From the NCBI GenBank assembly GCA_963772455.1, contig CAVYXJ010000012.1, positions 128,001-192,000 on the forward strand: DNA of 64,000 nucleotides, read 5' to 3'. The stretch is from Candidatus Bathyarchaeota archaeon (GTDB lineage: Archaea > Thermoproteota > Bathyarchaeia > Bathyarchaeales > Bathycorpusculaceae). Below are positions 49,221-59,841 of this stretch, one piece after another. The notes beneath the pieces are model-generated. The model worked only from the letters and a program-made list of their open reading frames with translations. It searched no databases and was not told the origin of the DNA. The position numbers and the translations under genes were made by a program. Position 1 is the first letter of the stretch. Each line of letters begins with the position of its first letter.

Positions 49221-50010
49221 ATGGAAAACAAAAATCTCCAACGCGAACTCTCTATAGGCGAAATTATAACAGAAACATTCAGTTTATATTCGCGAAATTT
49301 TGCACATTATCCAGTTCCCTTCTTAATTGCAGCCATATTAACCGGATTAGTAACTATAATTGTGAATTTAGTCATAGTTATTCCTGAAGCGCCCTCTAAT
49401 CCTACATCCTCATTACTAGTAGCGTGGTTTCCTACCTTCATAACAGCAAGCATAACGTCCCTATTTTTATCAGGAATCGTTAGTTGGATTACCAGCAGCT
49501 TCACATCAGGAATAACAATAAAATTCACTTCAGACATTTTGGAGAGTGGACAAGCAAACTTGCAAAAATCTTTCCAGTTCACCTTAACGAAGGTACTTTA
49601 TCTGTTGGCAGCAAGCATTGTCACAGTTACTCTTATGCTTCTTGGATTTATTGCATTAATTATTCCCGGAATAATCATCGCACTAATGTTTACACTTGTT
49701 AACCCAGCTATAATGCTTGAAGGAACAGGCATTGTTGGAGGCTTCTAGAAGTCGCGTTCTCGTAAGCAACAGATGGCTTAAAACCTTCGGATTATTTCTC
49801 GTGGTCAGCATTATTGTTGCCGTAGTAAATGGGGTAGCTGTATTAATCGCTGGTCTATTTGGATTTGTCAGCCCTCTAATAGCAGGCATCCTGACGGCGT
49901 TTATAACACCAATCATCCCCATAGCCACAACACTCTACTATTATTCGATGAAAGCAAGAACACTGCAAACCCCGCCATTCCCACCTCCACCACCTCCTCA
50001 AACCTTCTGA
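49221..50010 (+). CDS. Multi-TM membrane protein (YciC/GDPD membrane-domain-like); frameshift near 49740
   Basis: RELSIGEII.ETFSLY.RNF, LIIPGII...F.L..PAIMLE.....A..RSR.LV..RWLKTF, TLYYYSMKAR, poly-Pro tail. Confidence 0.8.
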
Positions 50011-50583
50011 AAAGCAAGTTTTTAGTATTGACTACATGAATAATTTTAGCAGGGTTAGTTATCAAAAAATGCTCATACACCAACAATTAAACCGTTGAGT
50101 TGGTCGACTCATAATTGTTATGTTGATATTGCAGTGTCAGTTTGTTGGCTAAGAAGTTGGCTACAATCAAGCCATCTCTTCCTCCAAGCTGCTCGAATAA
50201 AAAACGCAATAAAGTTTTTATTTTTCCACGAAATATATTATCACAGCCATGAAAAATCAAAAGAAGAACCGCAAAGAGCGACGCAAAGAAATCTTGGCTG
50301 ACATTCTATTTCAACAAAGTCCTTAGCGGTTAAAAAAAGCAAATTCTTCAGAGAAAAGCAGCCTTTGAAGTTCTGGTGAAGGCTGAGTTAGTTAGCAAGA
50401 GCTATTGAATGAAATTTAATTATTGGCTGCAATATAGTCGAAAGACCTTTTACTTAACAAGAAATAATCGAATGGAGTTTTGCTCTAGTTTTCAAAGCAA
50501 AAAATCATAGCTCCAACAGAAATCTTGAAGTTTATAAGTCTGCAATCAAAATATTTTTTGTATAAATAATTATTTTTTCTAAT

Positions 50584-50802
50584 TTATGGCTTAAAGACAA
50601 GAATATATTTTTTATCTTTGTCCTCTTCAGCCTCCAAGTTTTTTGCCTGCACAAAAGTGTAGATTGCCAAAAAATCATAGTCACCCTTAATTTTCAATTG
50701 ATGTTTATCAGATTTTTTTTGTTCGATAGAAACAAAACTAGGATTAATCAACCCTCTAGCTACTAATTCTGTGAATATTGAAATTGCTTCTTTCCTATCC
50801 AC
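50584..50802 (-). CDS. Small M[DN]RxEA-family protein
   Basis: MDRKEAISIFTEL...VSIE.....QLKIKG.....F....NLEAEE....ILVFKP. Confidence 0.75.
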   Translation of the reverse strand: MDRKEAISIFTELVARGLINPSFVSIEQKKSDKHQLKIKGDYDFLAIYTFVQAKNLEAEEDKDKKYILVFKP

Positions 50803-51014
50803 TAAGGTTCTCTCTCTGATTGTTTGGGGACGTACTATCCTAATAACACTTTGGTTAAATTGCTATTCCACTTCACTTTTAAGGAGCCGACCATTCTTGT
50901 TAAGACTAAATCACAATCAGCATACAACAAATGCAAAGTAGTAGTCTCATGATACCCGCAAGTCTTTAAAAACAGCAATAAACCAAGTACTTTAATTGAA
51001 ATGGGTTTCAGTAA

Positions 51015-51269
51015 ATGAATTTTATTGATGCAGTAGATTTTATTAAGAAATTTCCATCTTGCCACCCCAAAATATTCAAAAGTTTTTTTGAATGGGGAAT
51101 CTGTGACATTGAAACAGAAGGCTACGTAATTTTAACTGATATTACTTTAACTAAAGATCCAGTGTTCCCCCAACTGGAAGCTTACGCTAAGAACCATGAT
51201 TTGAGGGTAGATAAAGGTCAAGACTACTTGGTAATTAGCACAGCCTGTTATGCTCATATTAACGGATGA
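51015..51269 (+). CDS. Small protein, divergent M[DN]RxEA-family member
   Basis: MNFIDAVDFIKK...EGYVI...EAYAKNHDLRV.....LVIS. Confidence 0.6.
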   Translation: MNFIDAVDFIKKFPSCHPKIFKSFFEWGICDIETEGYVILTDITLTKDPVFPQLEAYAKNHDLRVDKGQDYLVISTACYAHING

Positions 51270-51341
51270 ATAATCACGTACTTTATCGAAGAGATTGAAC
51301 CCGTAGTAATCTTGTTAAGAAAGGATCTTATAGTCAATTAG

Positions 51342-52266
51342 TTGATTAACCAACAGATAGAAATCATGAAGGGAATTTATTCATCCGTAATTGTTTCAAT
51401 TCTTTTTCTAACATTTATCTCAGTTTCTGGTTTGGGTTGTGCAAATGGTGAAAATAATTATTATCCAAGATTTGAAATAATTTCTCCAAAAGCAACAATT
51501 TATCACAACAGTACTGTAGAGATTTTTGCGGTTGTTACTAAGCTAACAGACGAAGCATATCCAATGATAGACGGTATTCGCTATACACTCAATGATTCAA
51601 ATATCTTTTCATATGAATTTACAAATTTTACATATAATGGATTGGTTAACCTTCCAAATAACAAGACAGGGCATGAATATGTTGGCAGAGCTACTTTAGA
51701 AGGCTTGAAAGAAGGCAATTATACTCTTAATTTAAGCTATGGGCATGGTAATAATACAATTGGAAGTTGGTGGGGGTCATCAGTTAATTTTAGGGTAGTT
51801 TACGGAGATTATGAACCTTCAGCATTACTGTCTCCCATCAATCAAACATATTATAGTTCAGAAGTACCAATAGATTTTTCGACTAACGAGGACTACGTTT
51901 ATGCTTATTATTCTTTGAATGGTGGAAAACCTGTTTTTATTAAACCAAATACTATGATGACTAACCTTCAAGAAGGCTCCAACAACCTTTTGGTATTCAT
52001 AAAATTCAGAGATATCCATTCTGATTTCAAGATCAACTTTACAGTAGATTCAAATCCTGAGAACTTACAAAACACATGTAAAGAGTTTATTCTCATAGGA
52101 GTAGCTGCAATATCATTAGTTCTAATTGATTAACTATTTTTAGAGAAATCCAGCGGAGAAAAACTAAAAATAGCAACCGAAGACTATTTCCCGACAACAT
52201 TAATCATAATTTTGATAGCTTCAGTTGCAATTATGGTCATAAGTCTAATTGTAATCTTCAATTAGC
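51342..52266 (+). CDS. Surface protein with Ig-like repeats; C-terminal frameshift
   Basis: IISPK, LKEGNY.L, LLSP.NQTY, YSLNG, L.EG.N.L; anchor ..EDYFPTTLIIILIA.. in a shifted frame. Confidence 0.75.
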
Positions 52267-52421
52267 CTAGTGGAGGCGCAATAATGTGAAGAAAACGTGG
52301 TTGACATTAGTTCTTTTTGTGTTTCTCCTCTTCATATTGAGCCTTCAAGCAGTCAATTCTGTGAAGGATACCCCTCGGTTAAAATCCCGCCAAAAGTCAA
52401 TGAGCCAGAAACTAATGTAAT

Positions 52422-52892
52422 TCAATTGTGCCTTTCCGAAACTTGCTTTAATTTCTCAAGTGCCTTGGGCCACATTTCTTTAAACATATCGTAAAACTCG
52501 TCATCAGCATCAGCATCTACTTCAAACTTCGTTGAATCGCCTTGTTGTGTGATAGTATAGTTCTCGTATGCAGGAACCCACTTCTTAGCTGCCTCGCTTG
52601 TTGAATCTTCTTTGCTGCCCAAAACGATGCCGAGATGCCTAATCGAGATAAAGGAAGGCTTTCTACTTTCAGCTATTTCAGAGAACATTCCTTCTTTCTC
52701 CCCTTTTTCGTTTACTGCTAAAAACTGTATTTTATCGCCTTTGTTCCAACCGCCTTCGAAGTAGGATCCTTCATGGAAGGCACTTGTCCATTCTCGATAT
52801 TTCTTGTCGTCGACAATTGCGTTCCAAACTTCTTCGGGTTTTGCTTTGACGAGTATTTCAAAATGCATTTTCCGCATAATATTCACGGGCAA
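52422..52892 (-). CDS. SRPBCC (Aha1-like) domain protein
   Basis: KAKPEEVW......Y.EWT.AF..GS...G.W.KG..I.F, ENYT, WPKAL.KLK..SE. Confidence 0.88.
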   Translation of the reverse strand: MPVNIMRKMHFEILVKAKPEEVWNAIVDDKKYREWTSAFHEGSYFEGGWNKGDKIQFLAVNEKGEKEGMFSEIAESRKPSFISIRHLGIVLGSKEDSTSEAAKKWVPAYENYTITQQGDSTKFEVDADADDEFYDMFKEMWPKALEKLKQVSERHN

Positions 52893-53192
52893 ACTGTGGG
52901 ATTGAAAAATATTAGTGTTTGTGATTGAGGTTTAACAGCAACAAAAATTCCTATCCAATGTTAACTAAAGAAATTGAAAATGCGCTTCAAAAGACGATTA
53001 AAAATAAGAGAACAAAATTAAGAATCACCTCAAAGATGAATTCATTAAACATAAAAAACGCTACTCTTGAAAAAAGATTCTATGATGCATCTTCAAATTG
53101 GGATAAAAATTAATTTGATTGTTTGCTTTAGAATTGAAGAAAATATTTTAAAAGACTAAAAAAGGGGAAAGATAGTTTTTTTGTTTGTGTGT

Positions 53193-55862
53193 TTATGCTC
53201 GTTTTCTAAGCATCATGAGCACTAGCAGACTAGTACTATGATGATTAAAACGAATAGACCCGCGATTGCTGGTACAAAGTACATGTCAGCTGATGATTGA
53301 GGTGGTGTTTCTGTTGGTGCTGCTGTTGGATGCGTTGGATCAACTGCAAATGAGGTTACTGAATGTGATGGCCAGTATGATTCAGATCCTGCGAAAGAAG
53401 CGTAGACTGTATATTGTCCTGTAATGTCTGGTTTCCAGTTGAAAGCGAAGAATCCATCAGTATTGCTTGTTGTTGTGCCAATTTCTCTATAGTTTCCGTT
53501 AGCGTCAAGAACGCTAAGAGTAACTAGGACACCTGTTGCATTGGTTGGAATTGGTTTTTGCATATAGATGTATTCCATCCATGGGGCCATGCTATCGTCT
53601 GATACGGCTGGAACTCCCTGTGGGAAGCGTGTTGCTATTTCATTGTCTTTGGTGCCTGCTGAAGTATCGATAACTGTTCCTTCAATAACAATATTGTCAC
53701 CTAAGGCTGTTGTTTTGGGTGAAACAGAAATCGTTGTTGAACTAGGTCCTTTGCCAACTGAATAGACAGAGTTGTCGTAGTAATTGTAGTATGCGAGGTA
53801 ACCGTCGGCTAATACAGCTGTTGAGCCTCCTTGTCCACCTGTTTGACCTGACCAGCTGAACATTGACCAAATTTCTTCACCTGTGAAGGCATCTAGGCAG
53901 TAGACTTTGGAGCCTCTGAATAGTGGTGCGTTTGGTGAGTGTTCATTGTTGAATGCATAGACTTTTCCATCTGCGACTGACGATATGAAGATTGGTCGAA
54001 GACCCCAGTTTGTTTCAAGGCCGCCGTTTGTATTGTTGAAGCGCCATACTATAGATTTCCGTTGTCGGCATTATAGCAGAAGATTTCTCCACCAAATCCT
54101 TGAACGTAAATGTTGCCATATGCGGTTACGCCTCTGGGTCTCTCCTCCTTCTCCGCTGCCGAAGAATTGGAGGCTTCTGAAATCAGTTGTTGTTGGACCC
54201 CATGCTTCAGCTCCTGTGTCAAGGTTATATCCTCTCCATTGCATGTCTTCAACGTCGTTCATTGTCCATATGCGGTTTATTGGGTCAACTGGTCTTAGTC
54301 TAACTGTTAGGTTTCCTGATTCTGGTGCTACATAGCTCTTTACCCATTTAATGGATGCTAATGTTCCTTGGGAAGCGTTTAGGTTTAGTGCCCACATTGT
54401 GTAGGGATTGTCTGTGAATCGAGCGCCTACTCCGGGTGCAAGGTTGCTGCTTCTGCCAAGTAAAATGTCATCAGGTAATACGGCAAATATTGCTGGAGCT
54501 GTGGATCCTGTTATGTCTCCGGTGAATGTTCTGTTCCAAGAATATGATGTGCTTGCGTTAATAACGTTGCCAACTGGTCTCCAACTGTTAATGTTGTATC
54601 CTGTGCCTATTGAAAGAAGTGCTTGGGTGCTATTCCAAAGAGCTATCCAACCTGCCTTAGCAGTAGTATTGTATCCTAGGACATAGCGGAGTATTTCGCC
54701 CTTAGCGTTGTAAACATCGGTTCCGGCTGGAACACTGGTTAAATTATACATCCATTTTCCAGTGTATGCATCGATTGCTTGCCAGACAGTGTAAGCTGCT
54801 GCACCTGTTCCCACGTTTGAAGTTTGCCACAGTACTCCTCCGACTACACCGTGTTGATTGGGTGATTCAAAATCAAGTAGTTGACCAAAGCTTGGCGCAG
54901 GAATTAATGTTGAAGTTGTAGCTGAGTTGTTGACATATGCGTTGAGATCTGCACGATACCAAATTTGCTGTCCAGTTCGAAGGTCATAACATGCGTATCC
55001 TCCACCGTTGCCTGAGTGTCCAAGTGGGTGCTGTACGTAAATGTAGCCGTTCATTATGATGGTATTTTGGAATCTGCCTTCGTATGATCCACCTGAATAT
55101 TCAGTGACGTCAGAGATCTCGGATGTTCCTCCTACGACTCCTCCGAATTCAATTGGCTTTGTCCATGCAATGTGTGGGGTGTTTGGTGCGATTCCATCCC
55201 TCTGCCAGAGATTGTAGTTAATTGACATCTGGAAGGTTCCGAAAGAGTTTCCTCGCAACCAATGAGATTTCTAGGCTTGACCATGCTAAGTTCTGTCCCT
55301 CAACAGGTCTAGACCAATATTCGGTCGGGAGCGGATACCATGGAACGGATGATATTGGTTCTTGTTGGACATCTAGCGTAATTGTTTTTGATGCTGGTGC
55401 GTAGGTGTCGTTTTCGTATACTGCATTTGTTGCTAGATCAGAAACGTAATTTGCAGCTCCCAATCTATTGGTCCATTTGTAGACTTGTCCACCATAGTCA
55501 AATTTGATTGTGTATGTACCGACTTGATCGGGTACATAAGAAATCGATTGCACATTTGTGGTGTCATCAATTACGTCCCAATGTTTGGTTTCAATTGTGC
55601 CGTCAGGCTTTGTGATGGTTAATGTGTAGTTTTCGCGTCTAATGTTGTTTGTAATCATTGATCCTGGTAAAGACACATCGATCCACATAGAGATGTAAGT
55701 ATTTTGTCCAACACCTATTGGGTCAGGTGCGGCAAATAGATATGCATAACTGTTAATTTTCCATGCGGGTGTATGAGCTTCCGTGCTGGGTACCAGTAAA
55801 AGCGATCCGGTCATTGCAAACAATAGAAATAAAGTATATACGAATGTTTTGAAATGTTTCAT
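53193..55862 (-). CDS. Large PQQ-binding-like beta-propeller surface protein; about 3 frameshifts
   Basis: P.PIGVGQ, ITKPDG, PLPTEYW.RP, HI.WTKP...GG, DL.TG...W repeats, ADGY...N.YD...Y..GKGPS, PAVSD.SM..WMEY.YMQKP, F.GSESYWPS, TM anchor. Confidence 0.88.
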
Positions 55863-56289
55863 TGTTTTTTCTCCTTAAATCTGTGCTTTTATTTAATGTA
55901 AGCATTATATATAATTTTAAGGTCTGTGACTTAGGACAAAAAATATTATTTAATTAATTGAGTCATGAAGGTTCTAGTACATTATTAATACTTCATGCAA
56001 TAAGACCGAGTTGATAACTGTGAGAGCAAAAATTTAGCTGTAATTTTATAAACGCGGCAGTAATTCCAACTTTATTTGTGTTTTTTTCGAATCCTTACTA
56101 AAACTACTGCCAAAACAACTAAGGTGATAGCTAAAGCAGGCAGTCTTTGATAGTTCGCAATAAAAGGCTTGCAGTAAAGATTTCTTTATTAAACTTGATA
56201 TAAGAATCTTGACTACTCAAATGTTCTTTATCGATTTTGAAAAAAAAATGCATCTATTTTATCTACCTTAGAACCTTTTTACTTACCAT

Positions 56290-58832
56290 CTAACTTTTAT
56301 TGTTAGTTGAATTCTGAGAAGGTAAACGTATTGTAAAAGTAGTTCCTTGGTTTAATTTTGATTTCACTTTAATAGTTCCCCCATGTGCCTCAATTATCCG
56401 TTTACATATTGCTAAGCCAAAACCCATTCCTTGTGCTTTCGTGGTGAACAGTGGAGTGAAGAGTTTTTGCATAGTTTCTTCAGGTATTCCAGTGCCTGTG
56501 TCAGCAAAAACAATGTCCACCCAATCATTTCTATGGCAACTGCTTATCTCGATTGTACCTTTCTCAGGCATAGCGTCAATGGCGTTGTTAACAAGATTAA
56601 TAAAAACTCGCAGCATCTTGTCTGTATTGACCCAAATCAAATCCTCTTGTTGAACTCTGTTCACAATTTCTATTCGATCTGGAACCTTAATCACTTTTAT
56701 AGTCTCATCTACGAGAGCACGTGCAGAGTATCTTATTAGTTCCAAATGCATCTCTCGTGAATAATCAAGTAGATCGTTGATAATTTTGTCTGAGTGATCA
56801 ATTGCGTTATCGATGATTTCAAACATTTCTTTTGTTTGAGCTTCAGAAATTGTTGTACCTTTCCTTTTTAGGAAGTAGACAGCGTTTTTGATTCCTGCCA
56901 ATGGATTGCGCAAGTCATGGCCTATCATGCCTGATAGTTCACCTATAGCTGCAAAGCGTTCAGCCTTAACAAGGCGTTCATTTGCATCTTTCAACTGTTC
57001 GGTTCTTAGGTCGACCATGCATTTTAGGTGGTCTGAATAATTCTTTACTTTTCTTTCTAAAATTTTGCGATGTTCTTCAGCTTTCTTTCGTTCAGTAATA
57101 TCGATTGCAATCTCTACTGCTGAGGTAATATTTCCTTGATCATCCGTAATTGGAGTGGCGACTATTTGAACCCAGTAAGGATCGCCGTTAACGGTCGTGG
57201 AACAGTATTCGTGGGAGTCAAGAGTTGTTCTTCCTGCAAAAATCTTTACTATTCCGCAATCTGAGCAAGGTCCATTTAAATCGTTAAGTGAAGCATAGCA
57301 CAATTTTCCTACTGTATCACCTTTGTAGCGTTTAATGAAATCGTTTGCCCAAATTACGTGGTAGTCTTTATCGATAATTACCAAACCTGCCCCGATTGCT
57401 TTGGCAACGGATTCAAATTTGTTGCGTTTCAAGGAGAGCTATTTCACTTTTTTTGCGATCTGTAACGTCTCTTGCTGCGGCAAAAATTCCTTGTATCTCG
57501 CCTTGGGGGTTGCGGTAAATTGATGCGTTGTATAAAACATCTGTTACTATCCCCGATTTGTGTCGTATTGCCAATGGGTAATCTCTAACCAACCCTTCAG
57601 TGAAGACTTTCTGGTATCCTGCTCGGGCTTTTTCTGGTTCGGTAAAATAGCTTGAAAAATCACTTCCAACTAGGTCCATACGAGAGCAACCAGTTACTTT
57701 TTCGGTAGCCACATTGACGTCTGTAATTTTTCCTTCTTTACTAATTGTAACCAACGGATCTAAGCTTGCTTCAATTAGACTTCTTGAATATGACGAAGCG
57801 GCAAATAACTGCTTTTCAACATTTTTGCGCTCTGTGATATCAGTGACTATTCCCAGTATTGCTTTGTCGCCATTGTATTCTATTAGAGATGTGTTGATTA
57901 TTGCGTTAATTCTCTTGCCATCTCTTGTGATAAGTTCATATTCGTATGGAAGAACCTCTTCCAAATTCAAATGCTTCTCAAAAGCAGTCTTTACATCCTT
58001 AACATATTCTGGTGGATTAAGAGAAAGAAAATCAAAGTTAGGAGAATAGAATTCTTCCTTACTGTAACCAGTAATTTCTTCACATTTCTTGTTTGCGTAA
58101 ACCACCCTGCCCCGTTTGTTGATAAAAATCATGTTTGGTGATTGTTCAGCTAAATTTCTGAATTTTTCCTCGCTTTCATTTAATGCTGCTTCAGTTTTTT
58201 TGTTAATTGTGACGTCTCTGAAAATATTTATGATACTAACGATTTTTCCTTTCTTATTTTTTATAAATTTAGTTCCAACTTCGACAAAACTATGTTGCCT
58301 TTTTTGTGTTTTAAGTTTAATGTAACTATTTTCTTTTCTTCACCTTTTTGGATTGCCTCCAAGAAAAGATTCAACAATTTTGACGTATCAAAAAATTTTA
58401 ATGCGTCAAGTTTGATAAAATTCTTGCCAATTACCTCCTCTCGAGTATAACCAAGAAGCTCTTCAACCCGATTATTTACATTGCTAGGATTTTTCCATGA
58501 TTGTCTGAATAAGTAATTACATCTTGGACGTTTTCAAATAGTATTCTAAATTTCTCATCATCAGTAGTAAACAGGGTGTCTTTAGAGTCTGCAATATCTT
58601 CACCAGTGGATAATATCCCGACTGGAAGATTTTCCACTGTTAACTTAGAAGCAGAACTATCTTCATCCATAGACAAGAATGTTGATGGTAAATTAAAAAC
58701 AATTATGAATTCTACTTTCATATCCAGAATTCCAGAATCAAAGAAAGAGACGAATTGTCTGAGGTCATAAAAAGAATCCAGTTTCTTTACATCAGATAAC
58801 CGCTTTGTTACTGTATCGCCACAGTTACACAA
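56290..58832 (-). CDS. Multi-PAS histidine kinase; frameshifts near 58480, 58330 and 57425; start uncertain
   Basis: PAS units (RSLIEASLDPLVTI..EGKITDVN); GMIGHDLRNPL; NAIDAM; DTGTGI; GMGFGL. Confidence 0.85.
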
Positions 58833-58878
58833 GTTTAATAGCCATTTACATTATAGAGTTTGATTGGAGATGTAGGCT

Positions 58879-59205
58879 TTGGCCATTTTAGATGACATTT
58901 TTGGATTCATTACTTCTGGAAACATAGGCGGAATACCAACATTTGTTATAATGATTATTCCGTTTGTAGTCGGATTAATAATAGGTTACTTACTTCACAA
59001 ATTCTTAAAGATCGCAATAATAGCTGCAATCATTATTGTTATAGTTGCTTACCTTGGATTTTTTGGCTTAAGTCTTGGTGCATTGAAGAATCTAGCAGAT
59101 ATTTATGGTCCTGTAGCAATTCAGTACGGAGTACTTCTAATAGGAATATTACCGCTCGGCCTTGGATTCATCGTTGGGGCAATAATAGGCTTCATATTCT
59201 CATAA
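58879..59205 (+). CDS. FUN14-like small membrane protein
   Basis: PFVVGLIIGY.LHKFLKIA......YLG; LP...GF..G..IGF. Confidence 0.7.
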   Translation: MAILDDIFGFITSGNIGGIPTFVIMIIPFVVGLIIGYLLHKFLKIAIIAAIIIVIVAYLGFFGLSLGALKNLADIYGPVAIQYGVLLIGILPLGLGFIVGAIIGFIFS

Positions 59206-59273
59206 ACTCAATCTCTCTTTGAGTCATTTACCGCATAATAGGTATAGCATGTATTTTTAATACCTTACTTCTA

Positions 59274-59841
59274 TTCAATTATGTTTTTTGCCGTAATCAT
59301 TTTGAATTCACTGATCGCTTTTTATTCCGAGTTTTATTTAAAAGGTTTTGCAGGGCGAATTCATAGAAAAACTGAGAAAGAGAATAAATGATTTTGTAAT
59401 TTAATTGCTTCTTCTTTGATCAACTGTGAAAGATCAATGAATTAATTGACTTTCTTCTCATTTTCAGGAGCTTTGTTATTCTTGAAATCTTTTTTGTTTT
59501 TGTCCATTTTTTCTTTAAAGACTCTCTTGCGAATTCCTTTTCGTTTCGTTTTTCTTTTTCGATTAATTCAATTATGTTTTTTGCCGTTATCATTTTGAAT
59601 TCACTTTACGCTTTCTATTGCGAGTTTTATTTAAAAGGTTTTGCAGGACTATTTTAATAAGAAAAACTGAGAAAGAGAATAAATGATTTTGTTATTTGTT
59701 TGCTTCTTCTTTAGTCAGCTATGAATGATCAATGAATTAATTGACTTTCTTCTCATTTTCAGGAGCTTTGTTATTCTTGAAATCTTTTTTGTCTTTGTCC
59801 ATTTTTTCTTTAAAAATTTTCTTGCGCATTCCTTTTCGTTT
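59274..59841. repeat. Tandem ~293-bp diverged duplication of the 3' end and downstream region of the flippase-like gene
   Basis: 59274-59546 aligns to 59567-59841 (ttcaattatgttttttgccg...gaattaattgactttcttctcattttcaggagc...ccttttcgttt). Confidence 0.9.

Noticed and set aside
3561-58832. Programmed frameshifting or mass pseudogenisation
   Set aside because: About 15 one-base indels, many at short homopolymers, hit core genes (uppS, ychF) whose halves are otherwise intact. Sequencing or consensus error is the simplest explanation.
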